Assembly (NCBI RefSeq): GCF_009914755.1
Contig: NC_060926.1
Strand: one strand, 5' to 3'
Origin: the human T2T-CHM13v2.0 reference genome, Homo sapiens
Length of the DNA: 64,000 nt
Shown: positions 45,064-59,358 of the stretch, one piece after another
Position numbering within the stretch: position 1 is the first letter of the stretch
Layout: every line of letters starts with the position of its first letter
Translations under genes and position numbers: made by a program
Notes under the pieces: model-generated
Databases searched by the model: none
What the model was told of the DNA's origin: nothing
The model's input: only the letters and a program-made list of their open reading frames with translations

Positions 45064-46831
45064 GTTTTGATATCTGGCAGGATAAGTTCCCCTTTACTGT
45101 TCTTCCTTTTCAAAAGTCTTTTCTTATGCATTTTTTCCATGTGAATATTAATCATCATCTGTCTATTTTAATGAAGAATTCCAGTGAGATGGTTGTTGGG
45201 ATTGCGCCAAATTTATAGATAATTTTATAAGGGATATTTTTATAATATTGAAATTTCCCAATGTAGTAGAATATATATCTCCCTTTATTTAGGTCTTTTA
45301 TGTCCATCATTAAGTTTTACTGTTTTCTTTGTAAGTTTCTTGCATTTCTTTTTAGGACTGGTACTAAATATTTTGTGAATTTTAATTGTGCTGTACAGAG
45401 GATTTTGTTAACATATAATATCAAGTTGGTCACTATCATATAGGAACACAGCCTTTCACATAGCTGTTCACATGAGATACTCAGGAACCTTCTGTGGTAA
45501 GCAATGTTTGAACTGTCTTGTGGAAGAAGAGACTGAAGCTCAGAGAAGGAAGCCTGGGGCCAAATGCGGGTCCCCCAGGTCCAAGTGCCAGGCACAGAAA
45601 GCTTCCACTCCAGGGAAGGCTCTCGAATGTGCAGACAGTGGAGCTGCAGGGTCTCCCTTTGGCTTACAGAGTGTGGACCCAGCAGACAGTTCCTGGCCTC
45701 CCAGCGAGGCTCCAAGAAGACCTAACTACAGCCCCATTTCCCCGCTGCTTCATCTTTGTCTGTCACAGGCAAGGTCTGCCTTTCTCTTCAGGGGGACAAG
45801 TGCCTGGCTCTGTGACCAAGGCAGAGCCCAACTTGGTAAATGGATGCTATGGTCATTAAAAGATTAGAGGGTCATTAAACTATGGGTTTGGTGATGGGGG
45901 TCAGGTGGCTGAGCATTCCCTGAGGACAAGGTGAGAGATTAGTATGGAGGAGACTGGTTAGAACCAAATTCCTGGCTTGGGCAGCAAAGGGGTTCAGGAA
46001 TGAAGGAGACCAGCCCTCAGGTTCCAGGGTGAATAATGACACCCTCTACAGGGAGGCAGGCCAGAGAGCAGGAATTGAGGGGTCGGGCCAGTGGTTTGGG
46101 AGGCACATGAGGTGGGGTGCGGAGTGGGATGGTCTGGGAGCCTGAGGAGCAAGAGAGCTGTAGATCACATCTGTGGGTTAGAAGTGAGCTAGGGGAGTTT
46201 ATCATGTGTGTGATCCTTGGCTTCTCTGTTTATTTCCTTGCTTATCTCACTCAGGATTCATCATGGTGTCAGTAAAAGACCTAGCCTGTGTGAGGAGGCC
46301 AAGCGAGGCAGGATGGGTACCCTGGGGCCAGCATCTTGCAGAGGTGTCAGTGGGAAGCAGGATGAGGGAGTTCCTCAGAAAGAAGGAGACTCACGGCTGG
46401 AATCCCACCTACTCTTCTTTGCCTGAAATACTCATTTCGGTTGCACCATGCAGATTCAGGGTTTGGTACTAATGAAGATTATTTAGCTTCTTAGCTTTGT
46501 GATCATAGCTATTTTCCCAACTGCAAAATAGGGATAATAATTCTACCAAGTTCCCCAAATTGTAGAATGCTCATCACTGGAGATTTGGGGTGGTATGATA
46601 GATTATTTTATATAGTACATGGCCATACCTTTAAACAATGATAAATAACATAGTGAGAAATACATCCCTTTTTTCTTTTCCCCCAAATTTGCCTGATGAC
46701 ATAAGGAGAAAGTCTCCTCCTCAGAATGCCTCAGCCTCAAAAAGGGCATCCGAAAGGCAATACAATGATAACATCGTACTGAATTTTGCAGATATTCATG
46801 ACAAGTGATAATGAATATAAAACTTCCTTTA

Positions 46832-47135
<304 letters not shown>

Positions 47136-47402
47136 TTAGCGGATTTAAGCTTATCTAAAGGTAACTGATATAAAAGAAAATTGATTTAAAGAAAAGAAAT
47201 AAGAAATTGTACAGGTGGTGTGCAAAAGACAAGGCAGAAATCTTACATGTGGTAAGCAAAGGATCCAAGTTTGGGGTTCAGGGTAGTGGTGTGGGGAGGT
47301 GTAAATGGAAATAACACACTCAAAGGCTCAGCCCAGTACCTGGAACATAGAAAGGGCTCTCTCAATGATGCATGACAATAACTGTCGTTCCCTTTAAGTG
47401 AA

Positions 47403-47590
47403 GCTTGCCAGATTCAGCAAATAAAATCAGTGCACTCCCAGTTTAATTTGAATTTCAGACAAACAATAGGATTTTTTAAGTATAAGTATGTCCCATGCAA
47501 TATTGGGAACATATTCATCCTAAAAAAGTATTTATTATTTAATTAAAATTTAAATGGAACTGAGTGACCTGTGTTTTATCAGGCAACCCT
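47403..47590. mobile_element. MER33-like DNA transposon fragment
   Basis: ttgccagattcagcaaataaaa...aatttgaatttcaga...gtatgtcccatgcaatatt...ggcaaccc. Confidence 0.75.
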
Positions 47591-48209
47591 ACTTCTCATG
47601 CCTTCCCTGGAATGCGGGAGAATTGGACGTGGCTTAGAGACCCTGGGATGTCACCCGGGATGCCTATCCCCCACCAGAGACTTGGGCAGAAGATGGTCAG
47701 GGGATGTGAAAGTTCCCGAGGAGGCCAGAGCATGCTGAGGGCAGCCTCCAGCCGGGACATTAGACACCCCTGCCCTCCCCACAACCCTGGCTCTGCCACT
47801 TGACTCTCCAGTTTCCTGTGTCCTGTCTTCCACCTGGCTGTGATGGGGAGGGGACCAGAGTGGCCCGGGAGTGAAGTGTATTACAGACAGACAGACAGGA
47901 GCTAGGAACACTCAGGAATTCGCTACGTGATGTTGAAGGCTTTCCACAGGGACCTGGGCCCAGAGACACTCAGTGGAAGAGGTTTTACAAATATCAGGCT
48001 GAACCTGGCCCTCCTCTTCACCTCCCTCCCCATCTGCACTGAGCCAGCCAAGGAAACCTCTTCCATCCATAGAAGGGCGGGAGCTTGGCCAGCAAAGGGG
48101 ACTCAGGCTTTGTCACTTTTCCTTTCATTACCCTCCCTGGCCATGCTGAGCAGGGGTCCTCTGCCAGGCCACAGCGGCAGATGTCCTGGTCCTTCTCAAG
48201 GAGCCATCC

Positions 48210-49851
48210 CTACATACTCACACACACCACACTCACAGCACACACACCACAGACACACCACACTCACCACACATTCGCACCACACACACCACACGCACAG
48301 CACACACACCACAGACACACCACACTCACCACACATTTGCACCACACACACCACACTCACAGCACACACACCACAGACACACCACACCACACTCACCACA
48401 CACCCCACATACACCACATTCACACCACACACAACCACATATACACCACACACACCACACACCACACATACACACCACACACAGCACACTCACACCACAC
48501 ACATCACACTCACAACACACCACACTCAACACACACACCATGCTCACCACACACTCACACCACACACACTCACAACACACACACCACACTCACCACACAC
48601 ACCACACATACACACCACACACACCACACTCACAACACACACACCACACTCACCACACTCACCACACATACCACACTCACACCACACACATACCACATAC
48701 CACACTCACCCCACACACATACCACATACCACACTCACCACACACACATCACACTCACCACACACTCCCACCACACACACACCACATTCACAACACACAC
48801 TCATACCATACTCACAACATTGACATCACGCACACAGCACACTCACCACACACTTGCACCATAAACACACCAGACTCACAACACAACACACACCACACAA
48901 CACACACCACACTTACCACAAACAACACATACTCATACTATACTCACAACACACACTGACACCATACACATACCACACTCACCACACACACCACACTCAC
49001 AACACACGACACATGAAACAACACACACCCACACCACAGACATGCCACACAACACACAACACACTCATATCACACTCAGTACACACAACTCACACCATAC
49101 CACACTCACAACACACAACACACACTCATTCTATACTCAACATATACTGACACCACACACATACTATACTCACACACTCACATCACATACACACCACACA
49201 CAACACACTCACATCACACACTCATCACACACAATACACACAACACACAATACACACTCACACGACACACCACATATATATACCACAGTCACCACACTCG
49301 CACCACACACAAACTCAAACACACATCACACACACTGCACATTCATACCACACTCACACAAAACACACAGCACACTCAAACCATACCCACACCACACACA
49401 CCACACTCAATACACGCACCACATTCATACCACACTCACAACACACAACACACTCATACCACACTCACAACACACAACACACACACCACACTCATACCAC
49501 ACTCACAACACACAACACACTCATACCTCCCTTACAAGATGGATTCACAACACACACTCACAACACACCACATACAACACAGACACTACACACACCCACA
49601 CTCACCACACACAACACACTCATAACACACACACCATACACATACACAGCATACACATACACACGTGTATCCACGTTCACACCACACACACCACACAAGC
49701 ATACACACACACACCACACCACATACACACATATACTACACCCCACATACCCACACCATATACACACACCACATGCACATACAACACACACACACCACAC
49801 ATATGCACCACATATATATATACACACTCACAAAACACACACACACACACA
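48210..49851. repeat. About 1.6-kb C/A-rich low-complexity tract (CACAC/CACCA/CTCAC)
   Basis: Almost G-free + strand; accounts for all His/Thr-rich and Val/Cys-rich ORFs at 47927-50069. Confidence 0.96.
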
Positions 49852-50529
49852 TTGTTAGCTGCAGCAAAGCGTGACTGACCCCTTCCACTTGCTAACTCAG
49901 CTCTTTGCAGGGGATGGGGATCTTCAGCCCAAGACTTCAAGCAATGCTCCCTGTCTCTGAGCTGAGAGGCCAAGCAGGAGGATGTGGTCATAACTGCACC
50001 CACCTGTGTACTCAGCTCCCCTCCCCCGCCCCAGGCCGCTGTGTCTCTGTGCTCTACCGTAGAACCCACTTAAACTCTCCCCATCTCCTGGGGGCTGACC
50101 CTGCCTGCCAAGGACATCGTGAGGGAGCAGGGTTTAAATGAGATGCACTCTCATTTAAATTAAACAGCAGGAGCCTGTCACAATCTCAAGGGAGAAAGAC
50201 CTCAAAAATTTGTGGATGCTCATGTCTGGAAAAGGGCGACTGTGGTTCATACCAAACTGAGAAGAAAGAGATTCATGAGCCCAGCCTGCCCCACGGCATT
50301 GATCAGCCCCGTTACTCACATCCACAGAGCAGGGTGACACAGCCACTGCCTAATGCTTACTCATGCACTGCCTTCTAGCCTGGGTGTCTGGTGTGTGTGT
50401 GTGTGTCCTTCCTGGATAAACTGAAATCCCTCTACAGCAGAGAGACCTCTCCTTCCTCAGTGGCCTCATGGAGATACAATAGGTGTGTAATAATTACTGC
50501 CTGTCCTGCTCAGAGCTTCTGAGCATTCC

Positions 50530-50532
<3 letters not shown>

Positions 50533-50572
<40 letters not shown>
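50533..50572. repeat. (GT)n microsatellite
   Basis: About 20 perfect GT units. Confidence 0.95.
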
Positions 50573-50574
<2 letters not shown>

Positions 50575-50616
50575 AAGGAAGTCTAGCTCCCATATCTGCT
50601 CTTAATGGTGTTACAA

Positions 50617-50771
50617 TTTTTTTTTGAGACAGAGTCTTGCTTTGTCACCCAGGCTGGATGCAGTGGTGTAATCATAACTCATTACAGCCCCATACTCCTA
50701 GGCTCAAGCAATGCTCCATCTCAGCCTCACAAGCAACTGGGACTACAGGCATGCGCCACCACACCTGGCCA
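50617..50771 (-). mobile_element. Alu right monomer (FRAM/AluJ)
   Basis: ttttttgagacagagtcttgc...gggactacaggcatgcgccaccacacctggcc. Confidence 0.85.
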
Positions 50772-53394
50772 GCGTTACTACCACTGCACACCTTCCTCTC
50801 CGTCCTCCAGTCACATACAGAGAGCCCTGAAGTAACCACAGACAGTGGTCATGTCTCCCAGCCCATTGGAAGCCTCGGTAGAAGGAGGTCCCCTGTGGCT
50901 CCTCTCACCCCCTTGTCCCCAGATGTCCCCACAGGGACCCATTCTTGAGATGGGGAGCAAGCCTTCCCCTCAGGCCTCCCTCTGTATCCAGGCATGGCCA
51001 CTCAGGCCTTCTGCTCCTCTTCTTCAGGCCCTGCCTTGGCTGTTATGTCCTATCCATCCTCTCTCTGACTGTGCCCAGAGAACGAGGGAGTCTGACTTCA
51101 GATTTTACAGACAGAAGATATCCCAGGAATGTGTCCATCACATCGCCAAGCCAGCCCCTGTCAGTACAAGGCCAGCGTGGAATGAAGCTGAGTCTCTCTC
51201 TCTTCACCTGGAGTCCAGTGCTCATCCATGGCCATCGCTGTGTGCCAAGGATGTAGGGGTTGGCCAGGCCCAGAAAAGGGGATGTGGGCAGTGTGGGAAG
51301 AAAGAAAAAAAGCCCTCCAAATACCGGAAGATGGGCACAGTGAGCTCCACGAGCCAGCCACAGCTCACCTTGCCATCTTTACCTTTCCCATCTTGGTGGG
51401 TAGGGTGGGGGTGCCCTGAGCACTGCACAGGACGGAGGGTGCTTCAGGGCCACCGCAGCTGTGACCAGCATTTGGCTGAGAGATAAACCCTCCCCAGCCA
51501 AGAATGCCACCCCTGGAACCTCCCCTCCCTAAAAGCTTAGTGGCAATTCTAGCAACTCGGGGGTCAGGCAGTGCTGGACTGGGGCGAACTAACAAAGCCT
51601 CCTCCGTGGGAGCCATTTCCCCTAATACCCCCTTGAACAAAGGCCTGAGATAGCTGTCCGCCGGTCCACACACCTGTGGAACACCACCCTCCTTGCTCTC
51701 ATGTTTTCTCTCGTACTCAAAGGCCCCAGAGAGAAGCCCCATTCAGGCAGCTCAGCCTGCACCTCTGCTGCAGGGCGCTGGGCCACACCTGCCGCCCCAT
51801 GATGTGGTCCTTTCTCCAGAGCACGGGGCTTCAGGGTCCTCCCTGCATGGCATGGACAGTTCTGAGGGATGGCTGTGACACGCAGCACGAGGCCACCCTG
51901 CTTCCCATCGGGGAGCTCTGACATCAGGGGCCAAGACATCTTTTTGAGATGAGTGGGGGGCACGGAAGAGACGTCTGGATGTTAGAGTCATGGTCTCCAA
52001 AGTGGGGACTGACCCAGCTGCTGGGCCTCCCTCCAGCAGCCCAGCCCTGGGTGGACAGGCTGCTTTTATGATGATAGTTAACTTTTTATAGATATTCCTC
52101 CTGCAGCAAGTTAAATTGCATCTGCTCGGGCAGACATCCAGGCCAAGGGCAGGCAGATGGAGCGGCCGGGCCCCGAGGCTCTGGCGGGCAGGTCTTCCTG
52201 CTGTAAAGCTCTGTGTCTGATAGGAAATTCAGGCTGGAGTGTGGGCACAGGGCAGCTTGGGTTGCTTCCTGAGGGTCTAAGAGCCCCAGACGAGTCGTCC
52301 TTTTCTTCTGCAGCCTCTTCATGTGGCTCTGAGTTCTGCACCTGGGCAAACTTCCTTGTGGGAGAAGTCATGAGTGGGTAGAACGTGCAGTCAGCGCTGT
52401 AGGACCAGCCAGGGAGGGGCCTCAGCCAGTCAGCTGTGATGGGGCAGGGGATCGGAGCCTCGCCCGGTTGGTGGGCAGGGATCTGGCCCTGAGGAGCAGG
52501 GCCCCGGGAGTGGGACCCTCATCCCACAGGACCGGCAGCACTGGGCAAGTTATTGCTACAGGGATTTGGCCATGGCATATGGGGTACAAACCAAAACAGG
52601 GACCACCCCCAAACTCAGCCTGAGTCGACAGCACTGCCCTCTAGGCCTCCACTCCCCACAGGGAGAAGGGCTCCCACACTGGTCCCTCTGACGCCTGCAG
52701 AGTCACTTTCGATGGGGCCACTTCGCCTCCCAGCCAGCCCGCCCTTGGTCCAGGGCATTAGCGACTCGGCGAGATGCACTGAGTTTGACTTTCAACACAC
52801 ATTTATTGGACACCTAACTCCCTATAGGCTGTGTGTTAAGTTCTGGGGCTTCAAACTGTGCTGAATACAGCCCCTTCCCTGGAGGAGTGCCTGGACTGTG
52901 AGGGAGTGAGAGCAGTAAATAGTCGGGGTGATTGCGCGAGGATAACAGAATGCACAGAGCGAGGCTGCGGTCTGAAGAGAGGCCAGGCTGCAGGGCCTGC
53001 TGGGACTGGGACCACTGCTATCCCAGCCCAGCCTCGGCCCACTGCTCCCAGTTCCTCCTCACGCTCCCCACCTCTTCCTGGGACGCCTGTCATGACCAAT
53101 AGCCAACAGGAAAAAGAACACCTCCCTATCTGGTCTTCCCCCACAGGGACTGGTTCTTGTCCAGGGACACACGCCCTCTCCAGGAAACCTGTGGACCCAC
53201 TGGGCTGGGGCAAATAACCCTCTTCTCCAGAAAGCTCCTAGCAACTTAGATGGCTAAGCAGAAGTCCCATCAGGTCCCAGTTACCCCATCACCTGGTCGA
53301 TTTGCAGGTCCCATACATTCAGTGTTGCCGAGTACCTGGCATGTGAAAGGTATTACATCAAGTGATGCTTACAGCTTCCCTTGAGGGTAGGCAG

Positions 53395-53965
53395 GGTGCC
53401 CAGATATTACCTAACACTGCGTAACAAACCACCCCGACACTTAGGAGTTTAAAACAAAAACAGCAGTATTTATTTTGCTCATGAATATGCAAAGTGGGCA
53501 GGGCTGGGCGGGCAGTTGTTGCTGCTCCACTTGGCTTCAGCTGGGGCAGCTTGGAGGCTGGAGGCTATTATCATCCGAAGCTGCTCATTCACTCACATGC
53601 CTGCGCCTGGGGTGGGAAGACCCGATGGCAGGGGGCAGGCACAGCTGGGGTGCCTCACACTCCTCTGTCTATCTCCTTGCAGCCACGCCTCCCTCCAGCA
53701 TGGCGGTGTCAGGGTAGCTGGACCTCTTATGTGGGCTCAGGCCTCATGGGGTGTGCGTCCTGAGCAAGAGCAAGCCAGGCCGAAGCTGCATTCCCTTTTC
53801 TAACCTAGACCCTAGAGTCATGCAGCACCATTTCCGCCTCTATTAATCAGCAGTGTCTCATCAAACTTGGCCCATACTGAAGGAAGGACAATTGAATTCC
53901 ATCTTTTCATGGGAAGCGTGTCAAAGGATATGTGAACACGATTGTGAGCCTGTTTTTAAATCACC
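53395..53965 (-). mobile_element. MLT1G/H-like LTR
   Basis: ctgcgtaacaaaccacccc...tattttgctcatgaat...catttccgcc. Confidence 0.7.
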
Positions 53966-55566
53966 ACTTAAGACAAGGTTGTTGCCTTATTTTAGAGAGC
54001 AAAAAATAAAGTGGCTTGTCGAGTTCATGCAGCAATTTAGAACTGATGAGAATTCTAAGCCACATCTCCCAGCTCCAAGGCCAAGGCCTCCTTCTAGTCA
54101 CCATTTAGTGCAATGATAAAGGGATCAGAGTCCCTCGGAGCATCTGATGAAATCCATAGACAATTTTCCCAGAAAAAAAAATGCACGTGCATTAAATCTT
54201 GGGTCTGTATGTGTGTGGGGGAGCAGAACAGTATAACCAAAAATATAAGGCTGGGCTAACCAATTGTGAGCTCAGCCTGCCCCTGGCGCAGCCACCACAC
54301 TTAGGGCAGCCAGTGCGCGGCGCGACTCAGCCTCGGGTTTGGAGAAGGGCTTGCCGTGGGCAGTGCCCTGGGGACTTGCTGTGGAAGTCCCATGCTGTGC
54401 TGTGTCAGCCAGCACCTCCTGGCTTTATCATTGCACCATACATACCATGTGCAGGAAAACAAGTGTTTCCTTCCTGCTCCTGACATGGGCGGACTCCAGG
54501 GTTCTGGATGGAGAGACCCAGAATCCAGACTTCCCTACAGCAGCTCCCAGCCTTCTCACAGCCCCAGGGGCAGCTGGACAGGTACCCAGGGCAGCCACAC
54601 AACAGAACAAGAGGCCTCGTGGGGCCTGTTAGTCTCTGCATTTGACACAGCGAGGGGTGGCATAGTGGTCCCTGCCCTCTTTTCCTTCTGCTCACACCCG
54701 AAGGAGGAACAGGTGCATCGGAACTGCAGGAGGAAGAGAGTTTGGAAAAGTCCCTGGCGTGACTGTCATAGATAATTCCCACCTTATCCTTGCCCTCGAG
54801 AACCACACATGTAGTAGATGACATAGAGGCATTTAACAATTTCATATAATTTAATTGTTTTATTAAACAATTGTGTTTATCAATTGGCTCAGAAAATCCC
54901 TCGAAAATAGGACAAGCTGTTCTCATGAGTGTGTACAAGTTGTCTCTAGCACACCGCTGACTCAAACCCAGGACCTCTGACACCAAATGTAACCCCCACT
55001 CTACACAGCCAAAGGTACTGGAGCTCCACAGGCAGTAAGCAGTGGGGCTGAGATTTAAAGCTAGTCTGACCCCAAAGCCAAGTGTTAATCATTATCATTT
55101 GGATAATGATCTCCATTGGAGGGCCTGATGGGAGAAGAGGAGAAACAAGGACGCTGACCCAGAATGCCTGTGGGCTTTACTTCCCTGATCCCAGGCCACT
55201 GGGGCAGATTGAGGGGGGATGGTCGGGGGGTGTCATTAAACCTCAGGCATAGTCAAGCATTGTTCCCTCACTGCAGAGGGGCAGACCTGCCCAGGGTCAC
55301 ACACAAAGCATGGGGCTATGCTCAGGCTAGAGCCTGGATCTCCTCAGTCACCCTCAGACCTAGGCATACCCTCAGCCCTGGTGACCTGTGCCCAGTGGGG
55401 ACCAACTAACAAAAACCACCACTGCAGACAGGTGTGAGCTGTGAGGAAGTCCCGCAAGACAGAAAGCCTGAAGCCTGCTGAGCCCAGCCTGGGCCAGACC
55501 CTCTTGGGGGTGCTGCAGTTTTAGAGAGGAGGGCACCAACGAATCAAACAAGAGCCCTGTTCACAG

Positions 55567-55780
55567 GCCGCACTGTCTAACACAGGTGCTACTAGCCGCA
55601 TTTGATAATTTATATTTAAATTCATTAAAATTAAGTACAATGTAAAATTCAGTTCCTTAGTCATAATAGCCACATTTCAAGCGCTCAATAGCCACCTTTG
55701 GTTAAAGGCTATTGTGTCAGATAGTGCAGATAAAGAACATTTTCATCAATGCAGAAAAATCTGCCGGACAGCACTGGCCC
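55567..55780. mobile_element. MER3 DNA transposon
   Basis: cactgtctaaca...aaaattcagttccttagtca...cacatttcaagcgctcaatagccac...agaacattttcatca. Confidence 0.8.
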
Positions 55781-58589
55781 TAGAGGAAAGTCAGATAAAA
55801 TGAAAAACAACAATTTCGCCCGCCGGAATGGAGCCAGCTGCCGAGAAGTGTTTCTTGGAGGAGGAAGGTCTTGAGGTTCCAACTCACAGGAGCCCTGCCC
55901 ACTCCCAGGTCTGGGCCCTCCCTCTTCTCCCCTCCAACCCCAGCCCCAGGCCTGAGCACGCTCTGATTTCTTTCCGGCTGCTTGTGTGTGGCTGTCCTCC
56001 ACCACCCGGGGTGGAGAATGGGGCCTGTGGGGACCTGCAGAGAGTTGCCCAGGAGCCAGCAGAAGTGGGAGCAGCTGAACCTTCTCAGGCTGCCAGGGCC
56101 GTGGCCCACTTACCCGCATCCCTAAGCCTCAGAAAAGGAGGGCTCTGGGGAGCTGCTGGGGCTTGGAAAGTCACAGTGATGGTGCAGGCAGGGGCGGGCG
56201 CTGTGTGTTTGTCTCTCGGCATCTTTGATGTGCCTCGGAGTCTTTCATGTCGGAGGCTGTCCTCTGCCAAGGGCCCCATGTGCTGTTTGCCCTTTTCCTT
56301 TTATTCCTTTTTTTATTCATTTCATTAAATTGGTTCTGTAGAGGGCAAAAGAAGAGCCCAGCAGACAAGAAATGCTCTCAGGTTATAGGGGAAGAGAAGT
56401 GGGGGCGAGAGCTCACTTCTGGCTGGGCGGGTGCAACTGAAAGCAAAGCACTGGCTCATCCACCCACACTTCAAGGCTTCAGCTGCTCACACACTAAGTA
56501 AGACCTCTTAGAATCTTTATAGAACCCATGCCTACTTCTTGTGGATGAAGATAAAATCCTTATGTGATCTTAATGAAATCCATGTAGAAGCTTCATAGAA
56601 TCCTCTTGGATGCCACATAAAAATCCTCACAGAATTCACCATATTGCTCATAGAAGCCTAAATCCCCACTGCCATACGCACAACACACACGCATGACATA
56701 CACTGCACTCCAGTGGAAATAGCAAATTATCTTGAACCCCATCTCCTTTCCTCAGAGAACAGCCACTTGACAGATCTATTCTGTAGGTGGAGGGACTGGG
56801 AACATTGCCCAGGGTGAGGTTGCAATGCAACCTTTTGTGGCCTGACCTGGGCAGGCCTCTGTGAAGGCCCCTTACTCTGCAAACCAGGTCCCTTGGGAAG
56901 AGGAGAAGAATTTGCAAAAGGATCCCAGGGCTTCTGGGAAGAGAGGAGAAGCCAACTCCTGTATGAAAATTCATCATGGTTGCCCTGGGTGCTCGATCTG
57001 CTGGGACGGAAGCCCCGTGATGCAGCAGGAATTGTTGTTGGTGTTAATGTGTCCCAGCACCTACTCCTGTGCCCGGCACACATGGTAGATCCTCAATAAG
57101 CAAATGAATGAAGGTGTGCTAGCAGGAAAGGATCCCCAGGGCCCTAACGAGCACCCACCATAGGACAGGGCAAGCAGCAGGCCACCACGAAGCTGCACCA
57201 GGTACTGGGCATTGTTATGGGCTGGGTGGGGACCCAGGCAAACGAGACCTCTCTGCTGAGTGGATGGATGGCGGCCTGGCTAATGCAGGGAGTAAAGGGG
57301 TTCTGACAGCAGGCGGGTGAGGTCTGTCTGGCAGGCATCCTGGTGGTTGATGACCAGGAACTGCATGGCCAGTTGGCCCCGGGCATGCAGGCTGAGACAG
57401 CTCCAAGGATTATATCCTTGCAGGGCCTGGAAAAGTTTTCTAGTTATTTGTTAGCTTCATGTCAAGCAGAATGGCTTTCTTTCATTCTTCAGCTGTACTC
57501 GGCCAGAAGTCCCCAAATTCAACCTTCAGGAGCTTTGCAGGGACTTAGAGACAGGAGTCACTGAGCAAACCTGACTGTGGAGCTCAGATTATAAAGAGGA
57601 AAGAAATTCTGCTTCTTCCAGGCACAGAAGGCAGTTGATCCTTAGCGGGAGCCCTGGGCTCCAAGAAGCCCCTGGGGAAGCAGTGGAGCTGACACTCATC
57701 TAACAGGCCGAGCTCTGTGTGTCTGTCGTCTGTCTGTGCAGGGATGATGGCACCCACACTCCCAGCAGCTCTCTCTGCACACCATGGTGGAGCCCCAGCT
57801 CTGTGCCCTGCCCTGGGCATGGCTGAGAATAGACAGGTGCCCTCCGCATTTGGGAATTAGCAGTTTTAGTCTCTCAAGAGCAAAGTACGCCCCGGATACA
57901 TGTTTCAAAAAAGAAAGGTAAGAAGGAAGAGACCCCTTTCCCCTGCAAAAAGAAATCAGGCCAGGTTGAGCCACTTCTAGCCCAGAACTGTTTTCATGGC
58001 AAACCCTAACATCCTACTTCTGCCAACATTCAAATTCAGGTAACTTAGAGGGACAGCTAAAATCCAAATGAACAAAAAAACCATATCCAGGTTGCCCACC
58101 AGTGCCTCCAGCTTGCACAGGGCCATGCCCCATGCAGCAACATCTCTGAGCATCAGAGAGTGGTGGCAGTCACCAGATTCCTTGGGTGATGCAGCTACCA
58201 GCTGGAACCACATCAGGAGGATATTGGAGGAGAAGACAGGAGCAAGTGGTGGGCACACCACAGAGGGCCTTGAGACTTGGGCGGAGTCGAGACTTTGTAT
58301 TTAGGTGCTGGGAGCCTTTAGAGGCTTTGAGCAGGGGAATGACTTTTCAGACACATGCATTAGAAAGGGTTATATTTAAGGAAAACACATGCTCCATATG
58401 CCTGGCACAGTCCTGGTTTGCCTGGACAGTTCCAACTTATGCCTGCTTTTCCTAGTAAACTGATTGCCCATTACACTCTCAAGAGTATCCTGGTTTTACC
58501 TACTGGATATTTTATGATATTAAAGAATTATTTTTAATTTTTAAAGTATAATAATATTATAGTTACATTTAAAAAAAAAAAGAATTCTG

Positions 58590-58893
<304 letters not shown>

Positions 58894-58900
58894 GAGTTCT

Positions 58901-59296
58901 GTCGGGCATGATAGTGCATGCCTGTATTCTCAGCTACTCTGGAGGCTGAGGCAGGAGGATCACTTGGCCCCAGGAATTCTGGGCTGTAGCGCGTTATGCC
59001 AATTGGGTGTACACACTAAGTTTGGCATCAATATGGCGACCTCTTGGGAGCAGGGGACCACCAGTTTGCCTAAAAAGGGGGAACCAACCCAGGTTGGAAA
59101 CGGAGCCGGTCAGAACTCTTGTGCCAATCAGTAGTGGGATTGCGCCTGCTCTGGGTACATTGCCCAGGCTGGATCCCACTGCTCTCACTGTGTTGCCCAG
59201 GCTGGAGTGCAGTGGAATTCAGGCTTCACTCCTTTCAGTGGAGCCACTGCACTCCAGCCTGGGCAACATAGTGAGACCTCATCTAAAAAAAAAAAC
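58901..59296 (+). pseudogene. 7SL (SRP RNA) processed pseudogene with a 93-bp internal insertion
   Basis: Contains the S domain that Alu lacks (gggctgtagcgcgttatgcc...actaagtttggcatcaatatgg...ggaccaccag...ggaaacggagc..gtca...cagtagtggga), then the 7SL 3' end and poly(A); many CpG-decay changes. Confidence 0.95.
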
Positions 59297-59358
59297 AAAA
59301 AACAGTTCTTATCTTTTAAAGATAGATAGATTGATTGATAGATAGATCAATCGATCTA

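Noticed and set aside
47927-50069. His/Thr-rich ORFs of 260-298 aa
   Set aside because: Low-complexity CA tract with no coding signature
50845-52400. Cluster of 80-210 aa ORFs in unique GC-rich DNA
   Set aside because: No recognisable domain, overlapping frames on both strands and no consistent exon chain; a homology search would be needed to revisit this
57144-57430. Minus-strand frame ALQGYNPWSCLSLHARGQLAMQFLVINHQDACQ... that looked protein-like
   Set aside because: Internal stop, weak acceptor and no family I can name
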